Source: Saccostrea echinata (lineage: Eukaryota). From it: a DNA stretch of 64,000 nucleotides. The stretch lies in assembly GCF_033153115.1 (NCBI RefSeq), contig NW_026889779.1, positions 31,496,001-31,560,000 of the forward strand, given 5' to 3'. Below, in pieces: positions 61,686-64,000 of the stretch. The notes under the pieces were generated by a model. It saw nothing but the letters and a program-made list of their open reading frames with translations, did not search any database and had not been told where the DNA came from. Each line of letters opens with the position of its first letter. Position 1 is the stretch's first letter. The position numbers and the translations under genes were made by a program.

Positions 61686-64000
61686 TAAAATGCCTATAGA
61701 CGGCACGTTAACTTTACACAAACTTAGTCAAGTAATGTAAATGCTACATATACGCACTGTTGTCATCTTATAGTTGTGTATTAATGTATCGTATTCTGAT
61801 CTGTAAAAATATTTTTCTGATTTTGTACAAAAAAGAGATTTTAGACAATCCCCTTACTTGTAGCAATTACTAAAAACGTTTTGTATTTGAGACTTAAAAA
61901 ATGGAGTTAATTTAAATCAGACGTCAATTACGCGTTTTTAAGTCTCTGAATGAGTTATAAAGATATCGGAAGTGATAAAGTATCTTCTAGATTTTAGTCT
62001 GAGCAACAAAGTATATACAAATATGTGTTTTGATAACTTGCTACAATTTATTAATCAGTATGTTATCGTGCCATAATGCCCTACACACCTCCCCAAATAT
62101 TTATTGGTAAGTTTATTTGATTTTTTTTGCAATAACTGTTAGCTGTATGGATTTCTGCATACCGGTAAGTGAAATGAAATTTAAAAAACCCAACTAAGTA
62201 CAGAAAATTAATAATGCATATGCATCATTGTTTCAGGTATTGGTGTTTATGTAGTGTCACAGTTTGAGATACCGATTTTATATTCTTCTTCCGATATAAT
62301 AATATTCCACATTTTAAATTCAAGAAGTATGCTTTTTGAAGATTTATAATATATACGTAGCTAAAGAATGATTCTCTATAAGGTCATTTTCCGGCCTACG
62401 ATAAAATCACTTTAAAACAAAATTTTATGTAACTTTAACTATTCTGTTTTATGATTCTGATGTTTGTTTTTCAACATCGATCACCTAAGACTTTCGCGTA
62501 GACTGAGGTCCCGTCAATAACGAAGCACCAAGCATAATTCAAAATTATGACACTTCACCTAAAGCGGATAATCTCTTTGTCTGGGTGAAAAATTCTAAAA
62601 AGGCGTAAAGCAACATTCAATTATGAGTCACATGTGACTTTAGAGAATCCCTCTTCCCCTTGGTATTTAATTTTTTAAGACAAAACTGTTGTTCTTGTAG
62701 CTAATAACACTACCAAAAATGTGTGTTGCTTCATGAAATCCTAATAAATTGAGTCTTACCAACGCCCAGGTAAAACAAAATACTTCGATCCTATGTCACT
62801 CATATGGAAAAAAAATATGAGGGTCCTTCTGAAAGGTTGAGCAGAGAATTCCCATTATGAAACCATCCCATCAGTAATTCCCTATCTATAAAATTTACAT
62901 GTGTACCTATAGAAAAATAAGTTAATGACACAATGGCAAATGTATCTTCCCACTATACAATAAAGATAGCTTTAACTATTTCTAGCAATGACAGATATGC
63001 GGTACTCCTAGGGAATATATACAAAAATATAGCATAAATAAACTAAACTATAATAATAATAAAAATGTTTATCATTAATAGCTTATATTCACACCTTAGT
63101 TTGTAAAAAAGTATTTTCTTCTTAATTTCTTGCAGACAGTTCAATGAGAATTGTCTTCACGTGTAATTTCATACATCCGGTCTTTCCAGTCCTTTGATTT
63201 TAGATTGGGGGGGGGGGGGGGGTAAAAATTGACATTTTTTGAATGAAAATGCATGACTGACATTTTTTGTTTATTCAACAGAAACATGTACTCTAGCTGA
63301 AAGTTGTACTCTAGCTGAAAGTTTATAATATAAAATAATCTATATAAGCTGATGGCCTTCATTTTCATTTATTAGATTTTCCTGTAAATATCATAAAAAT
63401 AAAGCGAAGAATCTTTATTTACATGTCATAATCACCTTTAACCAACTTCATAATCTGGTAGTCAATTTTTATGTTTATAAGAAGTTTACCTCTTAATTTT
63501 GGAGTTGGTTAAAGGTGGTTATGACATGTGTAGAACTTACCTAACGCACCCACCCTCTTGAGTTTTCCTATTATCCTAATGCTAATATGGACCAATAGTA
63601 CATTACTTTGTGACCTTATATCATAACAAATACTATAGCATTATTAACCAGTCAACATTTATCATTAAATTGGATCATTAGCCTACTGATTCATGCAGTT
63701 TTTAAAGGAAAAACACCACTTGAAAATTTGAAGTCATTGTAGGCCGCAAAACGGTCTCATATAGAATGGTCCTTTATAATAACTTATAATTACCTGTGAT
63801 CTGTCCTGAGATGATATCTATAATGATATGTGTTTTCTATTGACAAATAAGTTGATAATACAAGGATATCGACAATCTCGTTTAAAGTCAACATTTTGCA
63901 AATTCTTTGGTCGATACAATGACATTGTTTGCAGATACAATCTGTTTTTAGGCCGAATGTTGAATAACTCCTTCAATGCAATTTTTAGTCCATTATTTTC

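Noticed and set aside
59278-63836. Candidate upstream PTRH2 exons (~59283-59330, ~60687-60731, ~62760-62790, ~63541-63630) and possible plus-strand exons near 62060-62350
   Set aside because: Splice-like signals exist, but neither homology nor a unique phase-consistent chain supports a choice.

Overview
AT-rich, intron-containing animal DNA, most likely from an ostreid oyster or related bivalve (inferred from abundant Helentron-type non-autonomous elements carrying a 166-bp satellite). Six protein-coding genes were rebuilt by hand from GT-AG exon chains with consistent phases: the 5' part of USP10 (-), WWOX (+, 8 exons, 407 aa), an intronless large Maf (-, tail-to-tail with WWOX as in vertebrates), ZNHIT3 (-, 5 exons, 150 aa), an unnamed 340-aa gene (+, 6 exons) and PTRH2 (-, N-terminus unresolved). 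Two intact tRNA-Gln genes (TTG and CTG) each lie head-to-head with a Pol II gene. The most notable feature is the 340-aa gene. It fuses the N-terminal RNA-binding lobe of Tpt1/KptA (tRNA 2'-phosphotransferase; catalytic His and whole NAD lobe missing) to a BC-box/Cul2-box-like segment and AMN1-like leucine-rich repeats, making it a candidate RNA-sensing cullin-RING ubiquitin-ligase adaptor. The second is a 58-bp minisatellite in ZNHIT3 formed by amplification of the exon-4/intron-4 junction, giving about 18 extra 5' splice donors that all lie past a premature stop. The rest is dense, often nested transposon sequence. Homology calls come from recalled motifs, not database searches.
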